Part shown: positions 24,739-33,020 of the stretch, piece after piece
How positions within the stretch are numbered: the first letter of the stretch is position 1
Layout of the letters: every line of letters starts with the position of its first letter
Assembly: GCA_964479005.1 (NCBI GenBank)
Contig: CAYZJA010000001.1
Span: forward strand, 128,001 to 192,000
Direction of reading: 5' to 3'
DNA from: an uncultured Candidatus Saccharibacteria bacterium
GTDB lineage: Bacteria; Patescibacteriota; Minisyncoccia; UBA6257
Length of the DNA stretch: 64,000 nucleotides
Position numbers and translations under genes: made by a program
Notes under the pieces: generated by a model
The model's input: only the letters and a program-made list of their open reading frames with translations
Databases searched by the model: none
What the model was told of the DNA's origin: nothing

Positions 24739-25800
24739 ATGGCAAGAAATAAACAATTTGATCAGAGAATAGAAAATATTCCTACAGAAATTTGGTCAAA
24801 GCTTATACAAATTGATGAATTAAAGGGGCAATGGATTGCCGGCGCTCGGTTGAGCCCACAAGTTTTAAACCACCTTAAGCGGTCTGTTTTGATTACTTCT
24901 ACTGGTGCCTCAACTCGTATTGAGGGAGCTCGGCTTTCTGACGAAGATGTTGAGAAATTAATGCGTGGTATTGATATTCAGAAGTTTACTGACCGTGATA
25001 AGCAGGAAGTAAAGGGATATTTTGAATTACTAGAAAATATTTTTGATTCTTGGAGATCGATTAAGCTTTCAGAAAGCGCTATCAAGCATTTTCACAAAGA
25101 GCTTTTGAAGTATGTAAAAAAGGATGAACTCCACAGAGGTGATTATAAGAAAACCGAGAATAAAGTTGAGATGATTGATGCAGCTGGTAAATCCATCGGA
25201 ACTCTTTTTGACACTACACCGGTATATCTTACCCCGAAAGAAATGCAGGAATTAGTAGAGTGGACCCGAGAATCTTTGGCTGAAAAAAAATCTCATCCAC
25301 TTTTGATTGTTGGTAATTTTCTTGTTGAGTTTTTACAGATTCATCCATTCCAAGATGGCAATGGCCGGCTTAGCCGTGTTCTTACAAATCTTCTTTTATT
25401 GAAAGAGGGATATTTATATATGCCCTATATTTCTCATGAGAAGCTGGTTGAAGACAATAAGCCGGATTACTATATGGCCTTACGCAGAAGTCAAAAGACT
25501 TTTAAGACAGATCACGAAGACATCACTTCGTGGTTGGATTTCTTTTTGACTATTTTATTGAAGCAGTCAAAGATGGCCGTTGAGCTACTCTCAAAAGAGA
25601 ACATTGAAAAACTTCTTTCAATGAAGCAACTTGCTGTTTGGGAGTATTTGCAAAAGGCAAAAGAAACTACTACCGGCGAGATTATCAGAGGAACCAAGAT
25701 TACACGGCCTACTGTAAAACAGGCTCTTAACAAATTATTGCGTCTCAAAAAAATTGAACGCATTGGGCTCGGTAGAAGCACAAGATATAGAAAATTATGA
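24739..25800 (+). CDS. Fic/Doc family protein (putative AMPylase) with C-terminal winged-helix
   Basis: Canonical Fic motif 'HPFQDGNGRLSRVLTNLLL'. The start is moved to 24739 because the track's 24709 start lies inside the promoter -10 region. Confidence 0.85.
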   Translation: MARNKQFDQRIENIPTEIWSKLIQIDELKGQWIAGARLSPQVLNHLKRSVLITSTGASTRIEGARLSDEDVEKLMRGIDIQKFTDRDKQEVKGYFELLENIFDSWRSIKLSESAIKHFHKELLKYVKKDELHRGDYKKTENKVEMIDAAGKSIGTLFDTTPVYLTPKEMQELVEWTRESLAEKKSHPLLIVGNFLVEFLQIHPFQDGNGRLSRVLTNLLLLKEGYLYMPYISHEKLVEDNKPDYYMALRRSQKTFKTDHEDITSWLDFFLTILLKQSKMAVELLSKENIEKLLSMKQLAVWEYLQKAKETTTGEIIRGTKITRPTVKQALNKLLRLKKIERIGLGRSTRYRKL

Positions 25801-25830
25801 TAATTTAATAAAAGTGATAAATCTAAAAGT

Positions 25831-26847
25831 ATGAGTTTATCAATTGGAATTGTCGGTTTACCTAATGTGGGAAAATCCACTCTTTTTAAACTTTTAACAA
25901 AGCAGGAAGTTAATATTGCTAATTATCCATTTACTACCATTGATCCTAATGTGGCTGTTGTTTCAGTGGCTGATGAGAGATTAGAAAAAATAGCTGAGAT
26001 AAGCAAACCGGAAAAAGTAATTCCTGCCGCAATTGAATTTTTTGATATTGCAGGGTTAGTAAAAGGAGCTAATAAGGGAGAAGGGTTAGGAAATCAATTT
26101 TTAGCCCAGATTCGCGAAACCAATGCTATAGTACAAGTAGTTCGATGTTTTTCTGAAGAAACAGTAGCTCATATAGATGGCAGTATAGATCCTTTAAGAG
26201 ATATTAAAGTAGTTAATACCGAGTTAATCTTAAAAGATTTAGAAACTACAGAAAAGAGAATTAGTAAAATAGAAGGGGAAGCTCATGCTGGAAATAAAGA
26301 CATTGTTAAAGAATTAGAAATATTAAATCAGATAAAAAATTTACTAACAGAAGACAATCTTTTGATAAATTTTTTGAACGAAGAGTTATTAAATAATCCA
26401 GCAGTGAAAGATTTAAATTTTTTAACGGCAAAAAAACAAATCTACTTGTTTAATGGCAGAGACGAGGATACTCCAAAAGAAGTTATTAATTTTATTCAGC
26501 AATTAAAAAGTGAATATATTATTACTGGTTTAGAAACAAATCCTGATTTATTAGAGCTTATTAAAAAAGCCTATCAGGTTTTGGGGCTTATTAGCTTTTT
26601 TACTATTGTAGGTGAAAAAGAGGCGCGCGCTTGGCCTGTAAAAAAAGGTATTAAAGCTCAGGAAGCGGCAGGGATGATTCACAGTGATTTTGCCGATAAA
26701 TTTATTAAAGCTGAAGTTATTGATTGGAAGAAATTATTAGAAGCAGGCAAGTGGAGTGTTGCCCGCCAAAAAGGATGGATTCAATTAGAAGGAAAAGAGT
26801 ATGAGGTACAGGATGGAGATGTTATAATATTTAAACACGGGGGATGA
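25831..26847 (+). CDS. ychF: ribosome-binding ATPase YchF
   Basis: 'IGIVGLPNVGKSTLFKLLT…NYPFTTIDPNV…FFDIAGLVKGANKGEGLGNQFL' and a C-terminal TGS-like region. Confidence 0.9.
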   Translation: MSLSIGIVGLPNVGKSTLFKLLTKQEVNIANYPFTTIDPNVAVVSVADERLEKIAEISKPEKVIPAAIEFFDIAGLVKGANKGEGLGNQFLAQIRETNAIVQVVRCFSEETVAHIDGSIDPLRDIKVVNTELILKDLETTEKRISKIEGEAHAGNKDIVKELEILNQIKNLLTEDNLLINFLNEELLNNPAVKDLNFLTAKKQIYLFNGRDEDTPKEVINFIQQLKSEYIITGLETNPDLLELIKKAYQVLGLISFFTIVGEKEARAWPVKKGIKAQEAAGMIHSDFADKFIKAEVIDWKKLLEAGKWSVARQKGWIQLEGKEYEVQDGDVIIFKHGG

Positions 26848-27104
26848 AAAAGAAATTTATATTTTATGGTCGGGTCCAAGGTATAGGGTTTCGTTTTAGA
26901 GCCGAAATGTTAGCTAAAAAATTTAATATATTTGGTTGGGTGGAGAATAATGATGATGGAGGTGTTACTTTAATAGCAGAAGGGGCAGAAGAAAACATAG
27001 AAAGTTTAATAAATAATTTAAAAGATTATTTTCAAGATAATATTGAAAATATAAAAGAAAGTATAGAAAAAGGCGAGGGGTTAATTGATTTCAAAATAAA
27101 ATGA
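26844..27104 (+). CDS. acyP: acylphosphatase
   Basis: 'FYGRVQGIGFRFRAEMLAKKFNIFGWVENNDDGGVTLIAEG'. Confidence 0.85.
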   Translation: MKKKFIFYGRVQGIGFRFRAEMLAKKFNIFGWVENNDDGGVTLIAEGAEENIESLINNLKDYFQDNIENIKESIEKGEGLIDFKIK

Positions 27105-27451
27105 GTTTTATTAAGCATAAAGAGAGTAAAGAAAGCTTATTTGTTTGGACTAAGCATTCGCAAGCAAAGATGCGTCAATATATGCTTTCTGAAAGTAGAG
27201 TAAAGCGGGTGATAAGAAATCCTAAAAGAGTGGAAGAGGGTATTGCTCCAAAGACTTTAGCTTCAATGCAAAAGGCGGGTTCTAAAAAGCATCCTTATGA
27301 GATTTGGGTAATGTATCAACTTGTTAGTGAGCGAGGCCGTAGAATAAAAGTTATTAGCGCGTGGAAATATCCTGGTACTACTCATCCCGGAGATCCAATT
27401 CCTATTCCACCAGATATTTTTGAGGAAATTATTAAAGACCTTGGAACATAA
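27101..27451 (+). CDS. DUF4258-like small protein
   Basis: 'VWTKHSQAKMRQYMLSESRVKRVIRNPKRVEEG…IWVMYQL…IKVISAWK' fits the DUF4258 pattern. Overlaps both neighbouring genes (ATGA junctions). Confidence 0.35.
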   Translation: MSFIKHKESKESLFVWTKHSQAKMRQYMLSESRVKRVIRNPKRVEEGIAPKTLASMQKAGSKKHPYEIWVMYQLVSERGRRIKVISAWKYPGTTHPGDPIPIPPDIFEEIIKDLGT

Positions 27452-27453
27452 AT

Positions 27454-28164
27454 ATGGAGAAAGAAAAGTTTGAAGATTTAATAAGCCAGTCCTTAAAAAA
27501 ACTTCCTTATCGGTTCTTAAATAAATTAAAAAATATCGCTATTATAGCGCAAGATAAGCCAAGTGAATTCCAGAGACAACAATTAGGTTATTCTTCCGGC
27601 GGCTCTATTTTGGGCTTGTATGAAGGAGTTCCTCAAATTAAAAGGGGATACTATTATAGAGCAGCGCCAGACAAAATAACTTTATTTCAAAAAAACATTG
27701 AAAGAGCGGCAGGTAATAATGAAGAAAGAATTAAGGAAATTGTGCAAGGAACAGTTTGGCACGAAATAGCTCATCATTTTGGAATGAATGAAGAGGAGAT
27801 TCAAAAGCGAGTTCAAGACAATAAACCATTTTCTCGAAAAAATATGATTACTTTTGACCAATTTGAACAATTAGATTTACGCGTAGCTAAAATTTTAAAA
27901 GCGGAAAAAATAGAAGAAGCAGACGAGCTTCTTATTTTGCATATTGACTTGGGTGCAGAAAAAAGGCAATTAGTTGCCGGTATTGCTAAGGATTATTCTT
28001 TAGAGGAATTAGAGGGCAAAAAAATTATTATTGTGGCTAATTTAGAGCCAAAAAAAATAAAGGGTTATATAAGTCAGGGCATGCTTTTAGCAGTTGATTC
28101 TCCGCAAGGGCCCGTTTTATTAGTTCCAGAAGGTGAAGTATCACCTGGTAGTAAAGTAAGATAA
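27454..28164 (+). CDS. fusion of zincin-like HExxH domain and Trbp111/CsaA-type tRNA-binding domain
   Basis: N-terminal 'GTVWHEIAHHFGMNEEEI' is a zincin-like HExxHH motif. C-terminal 'DLRVAKILKAEKIEEADELLILHIDLGAEKRQLVAGIAKDYSLEELEGKKIIIVANLEPKKIKGYISQGMLLAV' matches the tRNA_bind (EMAP/Myf) fold. Confidence 0.6.
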   Translation: MEKEKFEDLISQSLKKLPYRFLNKLKNIAIIAQDKPSEFQRQQLGYSSGGSILGLYEGVPQIKRGYYYRAAPDKITLFQKNIERAAGNNEERIKEIVQGTVWHEIAHHFGMNEEEIQKRVQDNKPFSRKNMITFDQFEQLDLRVAKILKAEKIEEADELLILHIDLGAEKRQLVAGIAKDYSLEELEGKKIIIVANLEPKKIKGYISQGMLLAVDSPQGPVLLVPEGEVSPGSKVR

Positions 28165-28168
28165 AAAT

Positions 28169-29017
28169 ATGAAAAAACTATATGTTATCAACAGTTTAGG
28201 TATGAAGGAGCCTTTTTCATGGAGAAAGATTTGTAATGGCGCTGAACGAGTTGGCGCTTCAAAAGCATTAGCAAAAGAAATTGCCACTATTATTGAAAGA
28301 GAAGCATATCCTGGAATAACCACAAAAGAGATTTTTCAACGAGTGGAACAAATTTTATCAAAAGAGTGTCCTCGCGGCAGAATTCGTTTTAGATTAAAAG
28401 AAGCAATGAGACGTTTAGGCCCCAGTGGTTTTCCATTTGAAAAATATGTTGGAGGGATTTTAATGCAATTAGGTTTTTCCATTGAACTTAATCGATATGT
28501 TAAAGGGCAATGTGTTCGTCACGAAATTGATTTTTTAGCCAAAGAGGAAAAATATTTTTTAATTGGAGAATGTAAATATCATAGTTTGCCAGGGGGAAGG
28601 GTGGATTTAAAAGTTGGTTTGATTCATTGTGCCCGTTTTTTAGATTTGAAATCAGGTGATTTTTTTGGAAAGATTAAATCAGAAAAACTAAAAATACGAC
28701 CGATTATTGTCACCAATACTAAATTTACAAGCAAAATAATTAAATATGCTGAGTGTGCTGGCATAGATTTATTAGGATGGAAATATCCAGAGCTGAGAGG
28801 ATTAGAGTATGTGATTGAATCAGAAAGATTTTACCCAATTACTATTCTTCCGTCTTTAACTAATAATTTATTAGAAATATTTTATCAGCAAAAATTAATG
28901 TTGGTTCAGGATTTATTAAAGTTAGATGTAATAAAATTTTCAAAAAAGACAAGAATTCCAGAAAAAAAGATATCTGCCATTAAAAGGGAGGCAGAGATAT
29001 TGTTATTAGAAGAGTAG
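28169..29017 (+). CDS. ATP-cone domain fused to Mrr-type PD-(D/E)xK restriction-endonuclease-like domain
   Basis: N-terminal 'FSWRKICNGAERVGASKALAKEIATIIEREAYPGITTKEIFQRVEQIL' is ATP-cone-like. 'FEKYVGGILMQLGFSIELNRYVKGQCVRHEIDFLAKEEKYFLIGECKYH' resembles the Mrr catalytic core (D…E.K). Confidence 0.5.
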   Translation: MKKLYVINSLGMKEPFSWRKICNGAERVGASKALAKEIATIIEREAYPGITTKEIFQRVEQILSKECPRGRIRFRLKEAMRRLGPSGFPFEKYVGGILMQLGFSIELNRYVKGQCVRHEIDFLAKEEKYFLIGECKYHSLPGGRVDLKVGLIHCARFLDLKSGDFFGKIKSEKLKIRPIIVTNTKFTSKIIKYAECAGIDLLGWKYPELRGLEYVIESERFYPITILPSLTNNLLEIFYQQKLMLVQDLLKLDVIKFSKKTRIPEKKISAIKREAEILLLEE

Positions 29018-29018
29018 T

Positions 29019-29080
29019 AAAAAAATGCTACTGCCCTTTGAAACTAAATAGCAAGCTATTCAATCTCTCTAGACAGTAGC
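29019..29080 (-). ncRNA. candidate structured small RNA, copy 2
   Basis: The minus-strand transcript is caAUGCUACUGuc…AAUAG-CUUG-CUAUU…ggGCAGUAGCAU followed by U7. The outer stem is 9-11 bp. Confidence 0.45.
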
Positions 29081-29081
29081 A

Positions 29082-29130
29082 TTGGTAGTATAGCAAACAT
29101 TTAAGTCTTGTCAAGTCCCATTGTGGATAA
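29082..29130 (-). promoter_or_regulatory. conserved promoter module, copy 2 (DnaA-box-like + -35 + extended -10)
   Basis: The reverse complement reads aagTTATCCACAatgggacTTGACAagacttaaatgttTGcTATACTac. Confidence 0.6.
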
Positions 29131-29139
29131 CTTAAAATT

Positions 29140-31548
29140 ATGATAATTATGAAGAAAAAATATATTTTGTGGTTTAAGGAAATAAATATTAAAGATGTTC
29201 CTATTGTTGGCGGGAAAAATGCTTCATTAGGGGAGATGTATAGGAATTTATCAAAAAAAGGAGTAAATATCCCAAATGGTTTTGCTATTTCTGCTCAGTC
29301 ATATTTCTATTTTTTGAAAAAAGGAAAAATAAAAAAAAGAATTCAAGAGATTTTGTCTGAGTTTAATCCGAAGAGCATTAAGAGTCTTCAAGAAACAGGA
29401 AAGAAAATAAGAAAATTAATTTTAGATATACCATTACCAAAAGATTTGGAAAAAGATATTATTAAAAATTATCAAAAGCTTTGCAAGATGTATAAGCAAG
29501 ATGATTTAGATGTGGCAGTTCGTTCTTCTGCCACAGCCGAGGATCTTCCCTCAGCCAGTTTTGCAGGTCAACATGAAACCTATCTTAATGTAAGAGGAGA
29601 AGAAGAATTACTGAAAGCGGTTAAAAACAGTTATGCGTCTTTATTTACAGATAGGGCAATAATGTATCGTGAGGAAAAAGGATTTAAACACATGGATATT
29701 GGGCTTTCCACTGGAGTCCAAAAAATGGTGCGTTCTGATTTAGCATCTTCTGGAGTTATGTTTACTTTAGATACAGAGACAGGATTTGCTAATGTAGTTT
29801 TAATTAATTCTATTTTTGGAATAGGAGAGATGATAGTAAAAGGGTTGATTACTCCTGACGAATTTTATGTTTTTAAACCAACACTTAAACAAGGATATAA
29901 AGCGATTATTAGAAAAGATTTAGGAAGAAAGACAAAAAAATATATTTATAACAAAAAAGCTGGGCTCAAGGAAATTGCGGTTTCTAAAAAAGATCAATTA
30001 AAATTTTCTCTTTCTGATGACGAAATTCTTACTTTGGCAAAATGGGGAATTATTATTGAAGAGCACTACTCAAAAATTCAAAAAAAATGGATGCCTCAGG
30101 ATATAGAATGGGCAAAAGATGGAAAAACAGGCGAATTATTTATTGTTCAATCAAGGCCAGAAACTGTTCATTCAATTGAAACAAATATTTATAAGGAATA
30201 TAAAATAAAAACCGCTAAAAGACCAATTTTAAATGGCATTGCTATTGGTAATAAAATAGGCGCAGGTAAGATTCATATTATAAAAAACGCTTCAAAACTT
30301 TCAGAATTTAAAAAGGGAGAGATTTTAGTCACCAAGATGACTGATCCTGACTGGACTTCAGTTTTCCCTATGGCTTCAGCTATTATTACTGATGAAGGTG
30401 GTAAAACCTGCCATAGCGCAATAATTTCCAGAGAATTAGGCGTGCCTTGTATTGTAGGGACAAGAAACGCGACAAAAATTCTTAAAAATGGACAGGAAGT
30501 AACTGTAGATTGTACTCAAGGCCTTGATGGAAAGATCTTTAATGGAAAAGTTCCTTTTAAAATTAAAGAATATAATTTTAAAAAATTTCCAAAAATAAAG
30601 ACCAAGATCATGATTAATATCGGCGCTCCTGAAATAGCTTTTGCAACATCATTTCTTCCTAATGATGGAGTAGGTTTAGCCAGAGAGGAATTTATTATTG
30701 CGGAGAAAATCAGGATTCATCCGTTGGCGTTATATCACTACAAAAAACTTAAGTCAAAAGAGGTTATTAAAAAGATTGACGAGATGACTGTGGAACATAA
30801 GGATAAGAAAGAATATTTTATAAAAGAATTAGCAGAAGGAATTGCTCAGATAGCTGCTGCTTTTTATCCAAAAGAAGTAATTGTAAGATTTTCTGATTTT
30901 AAAACCAATGAATATCGCAATCTGATTGGAGGAGAACTTTTTGAACAGGAAGATGAAGCCAATCCAATGCTTGGATTCAGGGGTGCTTCAAGGTATTATG
31001 ATGAAAAATTTAAACCAGCTTTTTTGATGGAGTGTGAAGCGATAAAGCGAACTCGCGATGTTTTTGGTTTAAAGAATATTAAAGTAATGATTCCTTTTTG
31101 TCGGACAGTCGATGAGGGAAAAAAAGTGATTGAATTAATGAAAAAGGCAGGTTTACAAAGAGGGAAAGATGGTTTGAAAATTTATGTAATGTGCGAAATT
31201 CCGTCAAATGTAATTTTAGTAGATCGTTTCAGTGAAATTTTTGATTTTTACTCAATTGGGAGCAACGATCTAACACAACTCATATTAGGAGTTGATCGAG
31301 ATAATGCACATTTAACACAAGTTTTTAATGAAAATGATGATGCAGTAAAAAGAGCTATAGAGGAGTTTATTAAAAAAGTTCATCAATATAAAAAGAAAGT
31401 GAGTATTTGTGGTGAAGCTCCAGCGAGCGTTGAAGGATTTGTAGAATTTCTTATTAAGTGTGGGATAGATTCTATTTCAATAAACCCTGGCTCTGTTATA
31501 AAGACGATGCTTTTAGTAAGTAAAATAGAGAAAAAATTACAAAAATGA
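29140..31548 (+). CDS. ppsA: phosphoenolpyruvate synthase (pyruvate, water dikinase)
   Basis: 'VGGKNASLGEM' ATP-grasp start, the PEP-utilizer His site 'GGKTCHSAIISRELGVPCIVG', and a C-terminal PEP/pyruvate-binding TIM domain. About 800 aa. Confidence 0.9.
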   Translation: MIIMKKKYILWFKEINIKDVPIVGGKNASLGEMYRNLSKKGVNIPNGFAISAQSYFYFLKKGKIKKRIQEILSEFNPKSIKSLQETGKKIRKLILDIPLPKDLEKDIIKNYQKLCKMYKQDDLDVAVRSSATAEDLPSASFAGQHETYLNVRGEEELLKAVKNSYASLFTDRAIMYREEKGFKHMDIGLSTGVQKMVRSDLASSGVMFTLDTETGFANVVLINSIFGIGEMIVKGLITPDEFYVFKPTLKQGYKAIIRKDLGRKTKKYIYNKKAGLKEIAVSKKDQLKFSLSDDEILTLAKWGIIIEEHYSKIQKKWMPQDIEWAKDGKTGELFIVQSRPETVHSIETNIYKEYKIKTAKRPILNGIAIGNKIGAGKIHIIKNASKLSEFKKGEILVTKMTDPDWTSVFPMASAIITDEGGKTCHSAIISRELGVPCIVGTRNATKILKNGQEVTVDCTQGLDGKIFNGKVPFKIKEYNFKKFPKIKTKIMINIGAPEIAFATSFLPNDGVGLAREEFIIAEKIRIHPLALYHYKKLKSKEVIKKIDEMTVEHKDKKEYFIKELAEGIAQIAAAFYPKEVIVRFSDFKTNEYRNLIGGELFEQEDEANPMLGFRGASRYYDEKFKPAFLMECEAIKRTRDVFGLKNIKVMIPFCRTVDEGKKVIELMKKAGLQRGKDGLKIYVMCEIPSNVILVDRFSEIFDFYSIGSNDLTQLILGVDRDNAHLTQVFNENDDAVKRAIEEFIKKVHQYKKKVSICGEAPASVEGFVEFLIKCGIDSISINPGSVIKTMLLVSKIEKKLQK

Positions 31549-32990
31549 GACACTTTCATTTAATAGATTTACCTTCGGATTTAGTTTTTGTTTATTTAGA
31601 AGATGAATTTCGGAAACAATTTTTGGAAACAGCCAGGCAAGCTTTTAGAAGTTTTAAAAAATTAGGAGAGTTTGTTGGTTATACAAGGACAGGGATTATA
31701 GAAACTTTTAGAGTTAAAAATAGATTTACAAAATTATCAACCGTAATAAAATTAGCAAATTTTCTTTCTCGAGAAGGGTTTCAAGGCTTTAGCCTTAATG
31801 AAGTGGAAAAGAAAATCATTGCTTATCGAGGAATTGGAACGAGTTTAATTATCAAAAATTCATATTTTTCTCTGAAAGAAGATGAAAGAATGATTAGAAT
31901 ATTTTTTCATTTATTAGGTGATGGATATGGTGGAAAATATGGTGCAGGTAAACCTTTTTATCGAAACTACGCGAAAGAATTGTTGAATGAATTTGGGGAA
32001 GATTTGAAAGTTTTTGGAAGAGTTCCTTATATAAAAAGAGAAACAATTGTTGAAATTCCTAGTGTTATAGGTTATATCCTTGAACATATTTATAAGATTA
32101 ATTTTGAAAGCCATAAATCATTTATTCCGTTGGTTATTTATAAACTTCCAAAAAAGATTATAGCTCAAGGCATAAAAGCGTTTGCAGACGATGAAGCAAA
32201 TATAGAAGATTCCAGGATTAGATTTTATTCTTCTAACAAAAGATTGCTTTCCGGAATAAAAAGTTTAATGATTAAGAAATTTCCTGAATTTTCTGGTAAA
32301 ATTGGCGAAATTAAAAAAAGCAAAAATTATCTAAGAGGAAGAGAATATATTAACTATTCTTTTTCGATTTTTTCAGGTGGACTTCAAGCATACTATAATT
32401 TAATTGGCTTTTCGCATTATGAGAAAGCGAGGATTTTAAAAAGAATTATTGAGAGAAAGGGGAGGGTATGGAAAAGAAGGAATAAAGATATTACGAAATT
32501 ATTAATACTACAAATTTTAAGGAACAAGAATAAAATGATAAAAGAAATTTCTAGTGAGATTGGTATTACTACAAGCATTACAAGATGTCATCTTGAAGGG
32601 AACAGTACTACGGGAATATTATCCTTGAAAAAGATGGGTTATGTTAAAGATATGGGTTTTAGTAGAACGAAAGCTAAAATTTGGGGCATTACTGACAAAG
32701 GAATAAATTTCTTGAGAGAAAACGTACATAAGTTAAATAAATTTTCAATCGAAGGAAATATTTCCAAGTTCTATTTAAAAATAGTTAGAAGATTCTCATT
32801 AGTTATGCCTTCCTACATAGCTAAACTGCCTTCCTACATAGCTAAACAAAGAAGTTGCAGAAATGATACAGCGAGTAAGCAACTATTGAAATTATATAGA
32901 AGTAATTATTTAAAAAGGAATAGATGCTCTAAAGAAGAATATAGCTATACATTAACCAATAAAGGGATTAAATTTTTAGTAAGTGGGTAG
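31545..32990 (+). CDS. hypothetical protein with degenerate LAGLIDADG-like motifs and C-terminal winged-HTH
   Basis: Motif 1 is 'RIFFHLLGDGYGG' and motif 2 'GIKAFADDEANI' (~120 aa later). A wHTH-like 'ILQILRNKNKMIKEISSEIGITTSITRCHLEG' follows. The start overlaps the ppsA stop (ATGA). Confidence 0.3.
   Translation: MRHFHLIDLPSDLVFVYLEDEFRKQFLETARQAFRSFKKLGEFVGYTRTGIIETFRVKNRFTKLSTVIKLANFLSREGFQGFSLNEVEKKIIAYRGIGTSLIIKNSYFSLKEDERMIRIFFHLLGDGYGGKYGAGKPFYRNYAKELLNEFGEDLKVFGRVPYIKRETIVEIPSVIGYILEHIYKINFESHKSFIPLVIYKLPKKIIAQGIKAFADDEANIEDSRIRFYSSNKRLLSGIKSLMIKKFPEFSGKIGEIKKSKNYLRGREYINYSFSIFSGGLQAYYNLIGFSHYEKARILKRIIERKGRVWKRRNKDITKLLILQILRNKNKMIKEISSEIGITTSITRCHLEGNSTTGILSLKKMGYVKDMGFSRTKAKIWGITDKGINFLRENVHKLNKFSIEGNISKFYLKIVRRFSLVMPSYIAKLPSYIAKQRSCRNDTASKQLLKLYRSNYLKRNRCSKEEYSYTLTNKGIKFLVSG
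32807..32848 (+). repeat. tandem 21-bp duplication inside CDS
   Basis: gccttcctacatagctaaac ×2, encoding PSYIAKL-PSYIAKQ. Confidence 0.8.
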
Positions 32991-33020
32991 GTTTTAAAAA
33001 TTAAGAATTAAAAATTTATA

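Noticed and set aside
31545-32990. Intein within ppsA
   Set aside because: The LAGLIDADG-like ORF follows the complete ppsA reading frame, which has an intact PEP-utilizer C-terminus and stop codon. It is not inserted in-frame.
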